From: an uncultured Fibrobacteria bacterium
GTDB taxonomy: Bacteria; Fibrobacterota; Fibrobacteria; UBA11236
Length of the DNA stretch: 64,000 bases
Assembly: GCA_963716395.1 (NCBI GenBank)
Contig: OY970309.1
Location: 1-64,000, forward strand
Direction: 5' to 3'
Positions 38,497 through 49,100 of this stretch are shown in pieces; position 1 is the stretch's first letter, and each line of letters starts with the position of its first letter. The notes under the pieces were generated by a model. The model had not been told where the DNA came from. It saw only the letters and a program-made list of their open reading frames with translations, and ran no database searches. Position numbers and translations under genes: made by a program.

Positions 38497-41400
38497 TTAC
38501 CGCGACAGCACCAGGATATTTCTGAGCGAAGTTTGCTGTCCCGGTCCGGGCGCGCCGTTGGCCGCATCCCAACTGGCGGTGACGCTGTAGAAATACACCC
38601 CGTTGGCCAGGCGCTGGCCCCAGGCGTCGGTGCCATTCCAGGGCAAACCGTCCGAGGGCGCGTTGGGAAACTCGCGCACCAGATGGCCGTTCTGATCGAA
38701 GATGCGCAGATCGAAGGTGACGCGATCGACATTGGCCGCGGTCAAGGCCTGGCCCTGATCCTGCGGCAGGGTGGTCGAGAAATAAAACACCGTGCCGCTG
38801 CGCTTCACGGGATTGGGGGCGTTGAACACCTTGACGAAGCGCAGCACCGAATCGGCCGTAACTTCGAGGTTCACCTGGCGCTGGCTCAGGTTGCCGAAGC
38901 CATCGCGCGCCGTGACCTTGAGCAGATGATCGCCCGGCGTCATTTCGTTCTGCAGCAAAGAGACCTGAAAGGTTTTCTGATACAGGCCGTCCAGCGTGGG
39001 GTTGGGATGGTAAGGGTCGAAGGCTCCGACCAACTCCACCGTGGTGCCTTCGTCGGGCCCGTCGCCCGACATCACGCCGCCGCTATCCGACACTTCGATT
39101 TGCAGGCAATAGGGCAGCGAGATCTTCACCTGCGCGGGAAAATCCACGTCGCCGCTTTCCTTGGTATTGCAGCCGGTGAGGATGATGGCGGGGCCGGTGG
39201 AACTTTGGCTTACGGCGCAGGCCGTGCTTCCCGCAGCCGTGCCCAGAATATGCAGGCCGGTGACGGCGCGGCTGGCTTCGAGCGGCTGCTGGGCGTCCCA
39301 GGCGAACACCTGCAATTTGGCGGCCGAGTCGCCGAAGGGCACCTGCTTGGGCAGGAGAAAATCCATGGAAAAGGCGTGGTTTTGATAGGCCACCGTGCGC
39401 TCGAACAGAATCGGGCCATGCTTGATCTCATACTGGGTTGTAACACCGGGATTGGGGAACGAGTCGAGAATGTCGGAACCGACGAGGCGCAGATGCACAA
39501 AACCGCTGCCGCTGCCGCCCTGGATGGTGCCGGTGAAAGAACCGCATTCCAAAGCCTGCAAGGTATCGGGTACGTTACCCAAGGTGATTCCCAAGGGGTT
39601 TCGATGCAGCAGCAGGGCCGGATCGCCGAGGAGGCCGTACTTCTGCTGATTTTCATACAGCCCGGGCCCCACATAATTCTTCGCCTGCTGCAGCGCCATG
39701 CCGATGGAGGTTACCGCCGTGGCCGTGTCTGGCGGGAACACCCGCGCCAACCAGGCTGCGGCTAAATTCTCGTTATCGCCGGGATAGGATTCGCGGGTGG
39801 CGCCCAGGCCGGCGATGGCGCCATCGTCTTTTTGCCGCACGAATTGCTCGTTCATGCCGTCGTCGAGGATTTTGTCGAAGCGGCCCACGGTGCAACTGAA
39901 CTCGGCCACCATGAAGGGCATGCCGCTGTTGTGCATGCGCGAGAGGGCGTCGTTGGTTTGCAGCAGCACTTCGTCGGTCCACTGGTTGTAAGCGCCATGG
40001 CCCATGAAGGTGACGAGCAGCGAACCCTGGTTCATCCAGTCGATCAGCGTCTGGGTGGCTTCGGGCTTGAGCTGCGCGGCGTTGAAGGGGTAATCCAATT
40101 CGTACACCTTCTCTGCACGGATTCCCGGTTCGGCGGTGGAAACCGTGCGCGCCAAATCTTCGCTTTGATTGGTGTGGTTCGGCACGGGATCCGCCTGTCC
40201 GCGTTGGGTCACATCGTCGGCGGTCAGGGTGATGCGGCCCCGCCAATCGCCACTCGTGCCGGGATCTTCATAGGCCGAGAGCTTGTTCACATAGGCCTGG
40301 GCCTGATCGGCGGTTTGCACGGAAATGCGCCCCAAAGCCACGTCCAGCATGCCGTTGCTCCACTGCGCCGACGGGTCCAACACACCGTAATAATTGTCGG
40401 TGCACATGGGGTTCGACCAGGGACTGGTATAGGTGGTTTCCAGAGGGTCGCGATTGAAAGGCGGAATGAAATTCGGCAGCGAGTTGGTGAGCGAAGCATT
40501 GCGGATGTTGCGGTAGTCGTAATGGCCGTCGCCGAACAGCACCACGTATTGCAGGTTGCCCGGCCCGCCCGACGCGCCCCAATGCCACAGCGCCCAGGCC
40601 AGAAGATCGCGGATAGCCGACGGCGACAGCCGTCCGCTCGACCAGTCGCGGTAGATGTCTTCGGTGCGCACCACCGCTGTGACATAGGGCTCGGGACGTT
40701 TGGAATCGGAGCGGTAGGCAGCCAAGGCCAAGGCCTGCGTTAGCAGCGCCTGCGGCGCCACGATCAGATATTGCGGATTGATGCCATCGCCGGTCCAAAG
40801 GTTCTGGATCACGCCGCTATTCGTCGGCTGCGCATCCACCGCCAAATCGGTATCCCCCACCGTTCTTGGGCTCTGGTACAAGTAGTAGAAGACATCGGCG
40901 CCTGCGCTGTCGCTGAAAATCCCGTCGCTCCCGGAGTTTTGTACGAGCAACCATTTGCTCGCCACCCCGTTCTCGATTTTCAAACATTGCACTCCGGCCC
41001 CGCTCTGCACCTGATACGCGATGCGCCGGCCCGTGGCCGCCGGAAACACGCAGCGGCTTTGATTCGACCAAGCCACCTGGCGCAGGTAACGCACGGTATA
41101 CCCGTCGAAGCGTTCATTGGCACCGCTCCAGACCACGCTGTCCAGGCCTAATTGGTTTCCGCTATTCCCGCTTAATGGAGGTTCGATGGACCAGACGCCG
41201 GGTATTCCCGGCGTCGTGTCCTGAGGCAATAGTTTTCCCCGGCTCCAGATTTGAAAAGCGCTTTGCTGCGCCGTGAAAGCAAACATGCCGATCCGCACCG
41301 AATCGCCCGCATAGCCCGGCAGCGAATCCACCGTGGCGCTGGACAGTTGACCCGCGGTCAGGGTCAAAGCCGGCGGAGGCGAGGTGGTGCAGTTGCCCCG

Positions 41401-42624
41401 CCAAAACCAGTACCATTCGAATCCGGTTTCATCATCGACCCGGCCCGAGGGGTCGCATGAGCCCGTGGCCACGTCGCGTTCGGCATGCAGATAAAACGGC
41501 GCCGTGCTTACCGGGCTGCCCGGGGCCGGCGTCGAATCCACCGCCAGGCGCAAGGGCGGCGTCGCGCCCACCCCGCCTCCGCTCCAATCCAGGTAGTAGT
41601 AGTTGTCGAACGAGTACGGGTTGATGCTGAACTGCCATTGCACCGCCCCCTGCGCCCCGGAGATGGGTTCCCACACGCTCGTGCCGTGGCCGTAAAACAC
41701 GATGCGGTCGCCGGCGTCAAAGGTGCCGTTGCGGTTGTTGTCGTCCACTTCGATGGGGATTTCACGCAAGGTGGGCGGCAGCGCCGTGCTGTCCATGTCG
41801 GTGCGCAAGGTGTCGTTCGGGCCCGCATACAGGCGCAAATTGTCGATGCGAACACCGACTAATTGTTGCGGCAGGGCAGCCGCCGCGGTCTCATAGCTCA
41901 AGGCGTACATCCCGTCTTCGCCCACACCGTCGATTTGCTTGTCGCCGACATGGATCTTGAGCAGCACATTGCCCAGGGTGTATTGCGCCCGCGCCGATTT
42001 GGGCAGGGCCTGGGGTCGCGGGAAGGCCGTCAAGTACGCCCCGCCCACGGGGTTTTTCACCCCGGCTTTTTGCAGCCACGCCTCCACCCCGGCATGGGGC
42101 CGCGCCCCCGCGCCGGAAAAACTCACGCGCACCCGAAAGCGCCGGAGCAAATGCACCGAGTTGCCGTCATAGGTGCCCAGGGAAACGCCCACGTTACGCA
42201 GGAGCAGGCCGCGGTAATGCAACAGCGAAGACACTTGGGTCTGCAAATTGCCCGCCGCGGAAAAAAGCGACGCGTCTTTGGCAGCCTCAGGCTTTTGCGG
42301 CGTGAGCCAATGCGGCACCCCGGCCAGGCCGCCGGGAACGGGCAGATCCGTCCACGCTTCGGGTTCGATGGATACCGCGGGAGCGTTTGGGCCCCCGGCC
42401 ACCTCGAAACGGTACCAGGGCAGATCCGGCGCCCCGGTTTGCTCCGCGTTGGGAAAGCCCCCGGCCAGCACACGCTGCCCACCCAGCCCCGTCACCAGAT
42501 GGTATTCCGGTACCGTAACCTCCAACACCAATTGCGACGGACTATCCGTCAACACGCTCTCATGCCCGACGACCGGATACGCTCCGGCCATGAGAACAAT
42601 TCCCAAAACTTTTTTGCCGGGCAC
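38497..42624 (-). CDS. PorU-like C25 (gingipain-family) protein with C-terminal FlgD-like Ig domain
   Basis: FYGHG, LFGDGHYDYR, DVALGR, FMGHG (His), FSCTVGRFD (Cys), LLGDP, NAPNP, LANGVYFY. Confidence 0.85.
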   Translation of the reverse strand: MPGKKVLGIVLMAGAYPVVGHESVLTDSPSQLVLEVTVPEYHLVTGLGGQRVLAGGFPNAEQTGAPDLPWYRFEVAGGPNAPAVSIEPEAWTDLPVPGGLAGVPHWLTPQKPEAAKDASLFSAAGNLQTQVSSLLHYRGLLLRNVGVSLGTYDGNSVHLLRRFRVRVSFSGAGARPHAGVEAWLQKAGVKNPVGGAYLTAFPRPQALPKSARAQYTLGNVLLKIHVGDKQIDGVGEDGMYALSYETAAAALPQQLVGVRIDNLRLYAGPNDTLRTDMDSTALPPTLREIPIEVDDNNRNGTFDAGDRIVFYGHGTSVWEPISGAQGAVQWQFSINPYSFDNYYYLDWSGGGVGATPPLRLAVDSTPAPGSPVSTAPFYLHAERDVATGSCDPSGRVDDETGFEWYWFWRGNCTTSPPPALTLTAGQLSSATVDSLPGYAGDSVRIGMFAFTAQQSAFQIWSRGKLLPQDTTPGIPGVWSIEPPLSGNSGNQLGLDSVVWSGANERFDGYTVRYLRQVAWSNQSRCVFPAATGRRIAYQVQSGAGVQCLKIENGVASKWLLVQNSGSDGIFSDSAGADVFYYLYQSPRTVGDTDLAVDAQPTNSGVIQNLWTGDGINPQYLIVAPQALLTQALALAAYRSDSKRPEPYVTAVVRTEDIYRDWSSGRLSPSAIRDLLAWALWHWGASGGPGNLQYVVLFGDGHYDYRNIRNASLTNSLPNFIPPFNRDPLETTYTSPWSNPMCTDNYYGVLDPSAQWSNGMLDVALGRISVQTADQAQAYVNKLSAYEDPGTSGDWRGRITLTADDVTQRGQADPVPNHTNQSEDLARTVSTAEPGIRAEKVYELDYPFNAAQLKPEATQTLIDWMNQGSLLVTFMGHGAYNQWTDEVLLQTNDALSRMHNSGMPFMVAEFSCTVGRFDKILDDGMNEQFVRQKDDGAIAGLGATRESYPGDNENLAAAWLARVFPPDTATAVTSIGMALQQAKNYVGPGLYENQQKYGLLGDPALLLHRNPLGITLGNVPDTLQALECGSFTGTIQGGSGSGFVHLRLVGSDILDSFPNPGVTTQYEIKHGPILFERTVAYQNHAFSMDFLLPKQVPFGDSAAKLQVFAWDAQQPLEASRAVTGLHILGTAAGSTACAVSQSSTGPAIILTGCNTKESGDVDFPAQVKISLPYCLQIEVSDSGGVMSGDGPDEGTTVELVGAFDPYHPNPTLDGLYQKTFQVSLLQNEMTPGDHLLKVTARDGFGNLSQRQVNLEVTADSVLRFVKVFNAPNPVKRSGTVFYFSTTLPQDQGQALTAANVDRVTFDLRIFDQNGHLVREFPNAPSDGLPWNGTDAWGQRLANGVYFYSVTASWDAANGAPGPGQQTSLRNILVLSR

Positions 42625-42808
42625 CGGGGCAAGTTACAAAGGTGGTTCGTCGATTTCCCGCGCGAAAACCGACCGCTACCGCAGCCACGAGGAAATGGCG
42701 CTCTTCGAAAAAAAAACGCAACCGGGAATTCACCCGGTTGCGTCGCTGCGAACCCTGATCAGAGCAAGCGGCCTGTTTGCTTATCGCGCTTGCCTCGCTT
42801 AACTCGCT

Positions 42809-44536
42809 TTATTCGCCTTCGATGCGGACCACGTCGCCGATGGTCGTGCTCTTGGGTTGATGTGCGGCCAGGTAATTGCGCCACTCCGCGTCTTCTTTGT
42901 TCTTGAAATAATCGATCACGCTCAAGTTCATCTTGCGCGCGTTGACGTCGATTTCGGTGACCACGGCCGGTACCACGTCGTCGACCTTGAACGAGTCGGA
43001 AGGGTGCTTGATCGATTCCGAGGTGAGCTTGGAAGTGGGGATGAACCCTTCGACGCCGTTGCCCAGTTCGACCACCACGCCGCGATCGAGCAGGCGCACG
43101 ATTTTCGCCTTGACGTCTTTGCCGGCCGGATACTCCGAGGGCACGTTGTCCCAGGGATCTTCGAGCAAATGTTTCATCGACAGGGAAATGCGGCGCTTCT
43201 CCTTGTCGATGGCCAGCACGATGCATTCCACCTTGTCGCCCTTTTTAAAGACTTCGGAGGGATGGTTGATCTTCTTGGTCCAGGACATGTCGGAAACGTG
43301 GATCAATCCGTCGACGCCTTCTTTGAGTTCGATGAAAGCCCCGAACGCCGCCAGGTTGCGGATTTCGCCGGTGACCTTGGAACCGACCGGAAGCTCGTCT
43401 TCGATATGCGACCAGGGGTCGGGCTGAACCTGCTTGAGCCCCAGGGAGATCTTTTCGTTTTCGGGATCGAGCTTGAGCACCACGGCTTCGATTTCCTGGC
43501 CCACCTGCACCAATTGCGAAGGGTGCTTGATGTGCTGGGTCCATGACATTTCGGAAATGTGCACCAAGCCTTCGACGCCCTCGGCGATTTCGACGAACAC
43601 CCCGTAGTCGGTGAGCGAAACCACCTTGCCCTTGACACGCGTGCCTTCGGGATATTTCGCGGCCACGTCTTCCCAGGGATGCTTGGCCAATTGTTTCATG
43701 CCCAGCGAGATGCGCTCTTTCTTTTCATTGAAGTCGAGCACCACCACCTTGACGCGATCGCCGAGCTTCACCATTTCGCTGGGGTGGCTGACGCGGCCCC
43801 ACGACATGTCGGTGATGTGCAGCAGGCCGTCGACGCCGCCGAGATCGATGAAGGCGCCGAAGTCGGTGATGTTCTTGACCACGCCTTCGCGGATTTGGCC
43901 TTTCTCCAAAGTGTCGATGATTTCGCCGCGCATCTTGGAGCGCTCCTGTTCGAGCACCACGCGCCGCGACACCACGATGTTGCGCCGGATTTTGTTGACC
44001 TTGATGACCTTGAAATCCATCTTCTGCCCGAGCAGGGCGTCGAGATCGGGAACCTGGCGCAAGTCGATTTGCGATCCGGGCAGAAAGGCCTCAATGCCGA
44101 ACAGATCGACCACCACGCCGCCCTTGATGCGGCGGGTGATGGTGCCGTTGACGATCTCCTCTTTTTCAAAGGCTTCGCGGATGCGTTCCCACACGCGCAT
44201 GAAATCGGCGCGCTGTTTGGAAAGAATGATTTGGCCGTCCTGGTTTTCGACCTGTTCGAGGTACACGTCGATGACGCGGCCGACGTGCAATTCTTCCGGA
44301 TCCTTGAACTCCGAAATCGGGATGACGCCATCGGATTTGAACTTGATGTCGACGAACACTTCGCTGTCGGTGACGCGCACTACCGTGCCTTTGACGATGC
44401 TGCCTTCGGCGTAGCCCATCAAGGTCGCGTCGTATTGCTGTTGCAGTTGTTTGCGCGCTTCGTCGCCGAGGCGATCCTCTTCGGTGGCGAAATCGCGCAG
44501 GTCTTCTTCGGTTCCGTACAGGAGTTTCTGGGTCAT
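42809..44536 (-). CDS. rpsA: 30S ribosomal protein S1
   Basis: Multiple S1 repeats (VKNITDFGAFIDLGGVDGLLHITDMSW). Confidence 0.98.
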   Translation of the reverse strand: MTQKLLYGTEEDLRDFATEEDRLGDEARKQLQQQYDATLMGYAEGSIVKGTVVRVTDSEVFVDIKFKSDGVIPISEFKDPEELHVGRVIDVYLEQVENQDGQIILSKQRADFMRVWERIREAFEKEEIVNGTITRRIKGGVVVDLFGIEAFLPGSQIDLRQVPDLDALLGQKMDFKVIKVNKIRRNIVVSRRVVLEQERSKMRGEIIDTLEKGQIREGVVKNITDFGAFIDLGGVDGLLHITDMSWGRVSHPSEMVKLGDRVKVVVLDFNEKKERISLGMKQLAKHPWEDVAAKYPEGTRVKGKVVSLTDYGVFVEIAEGVEGLVHISEMSWTQHIKHPSQLVQVGQEIEAVVLKLDPENEKISLGLKQVQPDPWSHIEDELPVGSKVTGEIRNLAAFGAFIELKEGVDGLIHVSDMSWTKKINHPSEVFKKGDKVECIVLAIDKEKRRISLSMKHLLEDPWDNVPSEYPAGKDVKAKIVRLLDRGVVVELGNGVEGFIPTSKLTSESIKHPSDSFKVDDVVPAVVTEIDVNARKMNLSVIDYFKNKEDAEWRNYLAAHQPKSTTIGDVVRIEGE

Positions 44537-44593
44537 GGGAGTGGGGCGGAAAACGGGTTAATCCCCGGGACATTCGGGAAAAGCTGTTTCGGC

Positions 44594-45271
44594 CTAGGTG
44601 CTGACGGAGGCGCCGGGACGGCTTTTCCGGACAAGCTGAGTAAGCATAGCAACTTGCTGCTCCAAGGTGGAGTCGCTGGTGTCGATGACCACGGCGTCTT
44701 CGGCTTGTTTCAACGGGCTGTTGGCCCGAGCCGAATCCTTGGCGTCGCGGTCTTGCAGGTTGCGCAGAATGCCGTCGAAATCGGCGGGCAGGCCTGCGGC
44801 CGCCAATTCGGCGGCGCGGCGGCGGGCCCGGATCTCGGGGCGCGCCGTGAGAAAAAACTTCCAGGGTGCGTCGGGAAACACCACGGTGCCGATGTCGCGG
44901 CCTTCGACCACGCTGGGGTGCGACAGACCCAAGGCCCGCTGCTGGCGCACCAAGGCCCGGCGCACCGCGGGCGGCTGGCAATACTCCGAAACCGCGGCCG
45001 TCACTTCGCGGTCACGGATAGCCGCGGGCAGGGTTTGTCCGTTCACCCGCAAGCCGGCGTCTGCGCCGAAGGTGAATTGCAGCGCTTCGGCCAGGCGCCC
45101 CAACTCTTCCGCCTGCGCGACCTGCAACCCGGCTTGCAAGGCGGCATAGGTCAACATGCGGTACATGGCGCCGGTGTCGACATGGCGGTACTCCAAAGCC
45201 CGGGCCAGCAATCGGGCCGTGCTGCTTTTTCCCGATCCGCTGATGCCGTCGATGGCGATGACTGAAATCAT
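44594..45271 (-). CDS. cmk: Cytidylate kinase
   Basis: IAIDGISGSGKSS, DTGAMYR, EGRDIGTVVFPDA; adjacent to rpsA. Confidence 0.96.
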   Translation of the reverse strand: MISVIAIDGISGSGKSSTARLLARALEYRHVDTGAMYRMLTYAALQAGLQVAQAEELGRLAEALQFTFGADAGLRVNGQTLPAAIRDREVTAAVSEYCQPPAVRRALVRQQRALGLSHPSVVEGRDIGTVVFPDAPWKFFLTARPEIRARRRAAELAAAGLPADFDGILRNLQDRDAKDSARANSPLKQAEDAVVIDTSDSTLEQQVAMLTQLVRKSRPGASVST

Positions 45272-45366
45272 AAGGCGGCTTTTCCGGCCACAGCCGGGGA
45301 CGAAAAGTTAACCAAGGAACGGCCGCATTGGGCTTTTTGCGGATGGTATAATCAGCCGTATTTAAA

Positions 45367-46134
45367 ATGCGGACTCCGGGTTTTTCTTCAGGCTTTCGGT
45401 CCCGCTTGGCGGTGGCCGTGCTGGCGGCAAGCTGGCTTGGCACCGGATTTTTTTGCGCTCCGGGCGGTTCTCCGGCGGGATTGCCGGGGGTTTTCATCGA
45501 TACTTTGCGCCTGGAATTGCTGGACCCGGCCCAGGGTTCACCCGGCGCGCATGTGGCCTGGAGCGCGCCCTCCGCCGCGATCAGTTCGCTTGAATTGTAC
45601 CAAAGCCTGCGATCCGACTCGCTGGGCGCACCGGTGCTCACCGGCATTCCGCCGGCTCCGGCTTCGGTCGACGTGGCCCTGCCCGATTCGTCGCCGCCGT
45701 TCACGGTGTATTTCGCCCTGCGGGCCGTGCAGGTCGATCCCACGGGAGAAAAAAACTACAGCGACACCCTGGAGTTGGATTCGTTGCTGATCACCGCGCC
45801 GCCGGGCATCTACCAGCCGGCCAACGGCGACACGCTCACGGGACGTACCGCGCCGGTTTCGGTCTTGATCGGCAGCGATCCGGGTGCGACCTTGCGGCAA
45901 GCCTGGTACGAAGACGAGGATACGGGATGGGCGATGGCGCTCGATACCTGCCTGCCCCGCTCCGATTGCCTGACGCCGCTGTTCGGTACCAATCTCGTCA
46001 CCGACACCATCGAACTGGCTCCGGCGCCGGCCGGCGGGATCCACGAATTATTCTGCGTGCTGACCACCGAGGTCATTTCCACCAGCCGCGGACTCCGGCA
46101 ATCGCTGGGATGTTCGCGCTTTACGCGGCAATGA
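45367..46134 (+). CDS. Hypothetical exported protein
   Basis: Hydrophobic leader; ATGA overlap with the downstream C25 gene. Confidence 0.6.
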   Translation: MRTPGFSSGFRSRLAVAVLAASWLGTGFFCAPGGSPAGLPGVFIDTLRLELLDPAQGSPGAHVAWSAPSAAISSLELYQSLRSDSLGAPVLTGIPPAPASVDVALPDSSPPFTVYFALRAVQVDPTGEKNYSDTLELDSLLITAPPGIYQPANGDTLTGRTAPVSVLIGSDPGATLRQAWYEDEDTGWAMALDTCLPRSDCLTPLFGTNLVTDTIELAPAPAGGIHELFCVLTTEVISTSRGLRQSLGCSRFTRQ

Positions 46135-49100
46135 AGCGACTGCTCGGCATTGCGGCCTTGCTGCTCGGCGGGGCCGGACCCGCGGCGGCGGATCTCACGG
46201 CCTGGTCCTGGCAGGCGGGCGCTTCCCCGACCTTGACCTTGGAATGGAACGCCTTGGGGCGCACGGTACCGGATACGGTGACGGCCACTTTGGCCGTGCC
46301 GCCGGGCTGCACCCAAGTCTCGGCCCAGGTCGTGCCGATGGCGGAGTGGAAAACCCCCTTGCCGGTCACGGCCACGGTCTCCGGCGTTCCCCGGTTCAGC
46401 CATCCCCTGACTTTTCGCGACGTGACCTTGGCCACCTTGCATTGGCTGCCGGTGGCGCCGGGCGCGGGCGGCCTGCACTTGCTGACGCAGGCGAAACTTA
46501 TCGTGCATTTTCAGGTCTCGGCGCCGCCGCCCAAAGCCTTTGCCGGCGCCGCCGGCGAGCCCGCCGAACGGCTGCTGGCCGCCTGGGTGGTGAATTACGA
46601 TCAATCACGCGACTTTCGCTTCAACGCCGCCGGCGCCTTGCCGCTGGTGGCGGCCTCCGACAGCGGTCTGCCGCCCATCCGGCTGGCGGTGTTCACCCAA
46701 ACCGACGATATCGCCGTTCTCACTTTCGATTCTCTGCGCCGGGCCGGTGTGCCCGTGGCGCAAATCGACCCGCATCAATTCCGGCTGTTCCGCCTGGGCC
46801 GCGAGGTGCCCCTCTACGTGGAGAACGAAGCCAGCGGCCATTTCCAAAGCGGGGATTACCTCGAGTTCATCGGCACCCACGCGCCGGGCCAGAACACCTA
46901 CTTGTCGCCGTATACCACCGAAGCCGAGTTCACCCTGGTGTGGAACACCGGCCGCCCGGGCCTACGGGCGCCCGCAGTCCCGGTGGTTCCGCGCGCAACC
47001 AATCCCGTGCCCGCCCCGCCGTTTCAAACCACGGCGCATGTGGAGCAAGACAACGTCATTCTGCGCATCGGCAGTACCGCTGCGGCCGACATCACCGATC
47101 TCGGCAGCCAGGTTTCCGAAGAGGCGTTGAGCGACTTCTGGTACTGGCAACGCATGGGCGTCAACAACGACGCCGTCAACGTCTCCTTCGATCTGCCGTT
47201 TACGCCGGCCTTCAACCCGAACGGCGCGGCGCCCACCGCCACGGCCACCGCCTCCATCGAGCTCAAGGGCATCACCGACGACATCAACGCCAATCCCGAT
47301 CACCATCTGCGCTTCCTGCTCAACGGCACGGACATCTCCCTCGTGAACGGCGTGCGCAGCGACGCGATTTGGGACGGGCAGGCCGCCTACCAATGGACCT
47401 CGCCGCCGTTGCCCCTCAGCGCGTTCAAGCCGGGCGCCAATGTGCTGACCTTGGTGCGCGTCAACGATTTGCTGGAAAACAACGGGCAACCGGTACAGAA
47501 CCAGGACGCCTACCTCAATTATCTGGACTTCACCCTCACGGCCGCGTACGCCGCGGTGCACGACCAACTGCATTTCTCCAACACCTTCGCCGACAGCCTG
47601 GGCCTCCAGCATTTCCGGCTCACGGGATTCTCTTCGCCCGATCTCAGCCTGTGGGATACGCGCGGCCGCAAGCTGGTGGGCTTTGCCACGCGCGCCGGCG
47701 CGGGCGGTACCCAAGTCGATTTCGAGGATTCGCTCGTCACCGCGGTGAGTTATATCGCGGTCACGGCGGCGGCACGGGAAACGCCGCGGCTGGAATTGGA
47801 CACGGTGCCGGATTTGCTGTACCCATCCGCAGGTGCCGACGAGATCATCGTCACCCATCGCTCCCTGTACGGCCAGGCGCTCGACTCGCTGGTGGCCCAG
47901 CGGACCAAGCAGGGCCTGCGCGTCAAAGTGGTCGACATCTACCACGTCAACCAGACCTTCGGCGACGGCTCCACCAATCCCGAGGCCGTCAAAAACTTCG
48001 CGCAATGGGCCTATGACCATTGGCCGCGGCCCGCGCCCACCTATCTGTTGCTGCTGGGCGGGACTTCGGATTGGTTCGACAAGCTGGCGGGCATTTACCA
48101 GCGCAACCTGGTGCCCACCCATCTCGTCGACATCCGCGGCTGGGGCATCGCGGCCGATGACGATTATTTCGGCCAGGTGGCGGGCGACGACGCCATCAGC
48201 GACATGCTGGTGGGGCGCTTGCCCGTGTCGACGCCGGCCGAGTTGTCGCAGGTGGTACACAAAATGCTGCGGCTGGAGCAGCGTCCGCCGGGTGCCTGGC
48301 AGAACAAGACCTTTTTCGTCGGCGGCTACGAGCAGACCTTCACCGACGGCCAGAACCTGTTGCAGTCGGTGGCCGCGGGCGAAAACCGCCCACCCGAACG
48401 CCTGGATCTCTTTACGGGTTCTCCGTATTACGCCGCGCCCGGCCGGCGACCGGATTTTTACCGCCAACTCGACTCGGCCTTCGACTTCGTGGGCTTCTTC
48501 GGCCATGGCGGTGGTTCGGTTTGGTCGGATGACGGCATTCTGACGTTGGATGCACTGGATCAGGACAGCCTGCGCGGCGACTACCCCGTGCCCCTGGTGT
48601 CCTCGATCACCTGCCTCACCGGTTATTTCGAAGACGTGGCCGAACGCTCGCTGGGCGAAGAGATGATCAAGCGGCCCGCCAACGGCGCCGCGGGTTTTTA
48701 CGGCGCGGCCGGCTACATCTCCAGCGCCGCGGGCCAGGTGCTGGCGGCCGAAATGTTTCGCGCGGCCACGCAGCCCGGCACGCTTTCGCTCGGTGGCATC
48801 GTCCAGGAGGCCGAAACCCGCGTGATGCTGGAGACGGGATCGAGCTTTCTGCCCATTCTCGCCGAGTTCAATCTGCTGGGCGATCCGGCCATGCCCTATG
48901 CCTATGCGCCGCTGTCGGGGTCGCTCAACGCGTCTCCGCAAGTGCTGGGCGCCACCCGTAGCTTGCAAGTGACAGGGGATGCGCTGGCCGTCACCTCCGG
49001 TCAAGGGCTGGCGTCGCTGCTCATCGGCGATTCGCTGGCCACCGTGCAACCCGTGACGGTGTCGGGAGGGAAAGTGCAAACTGCGTTCACTTTGCCCGAC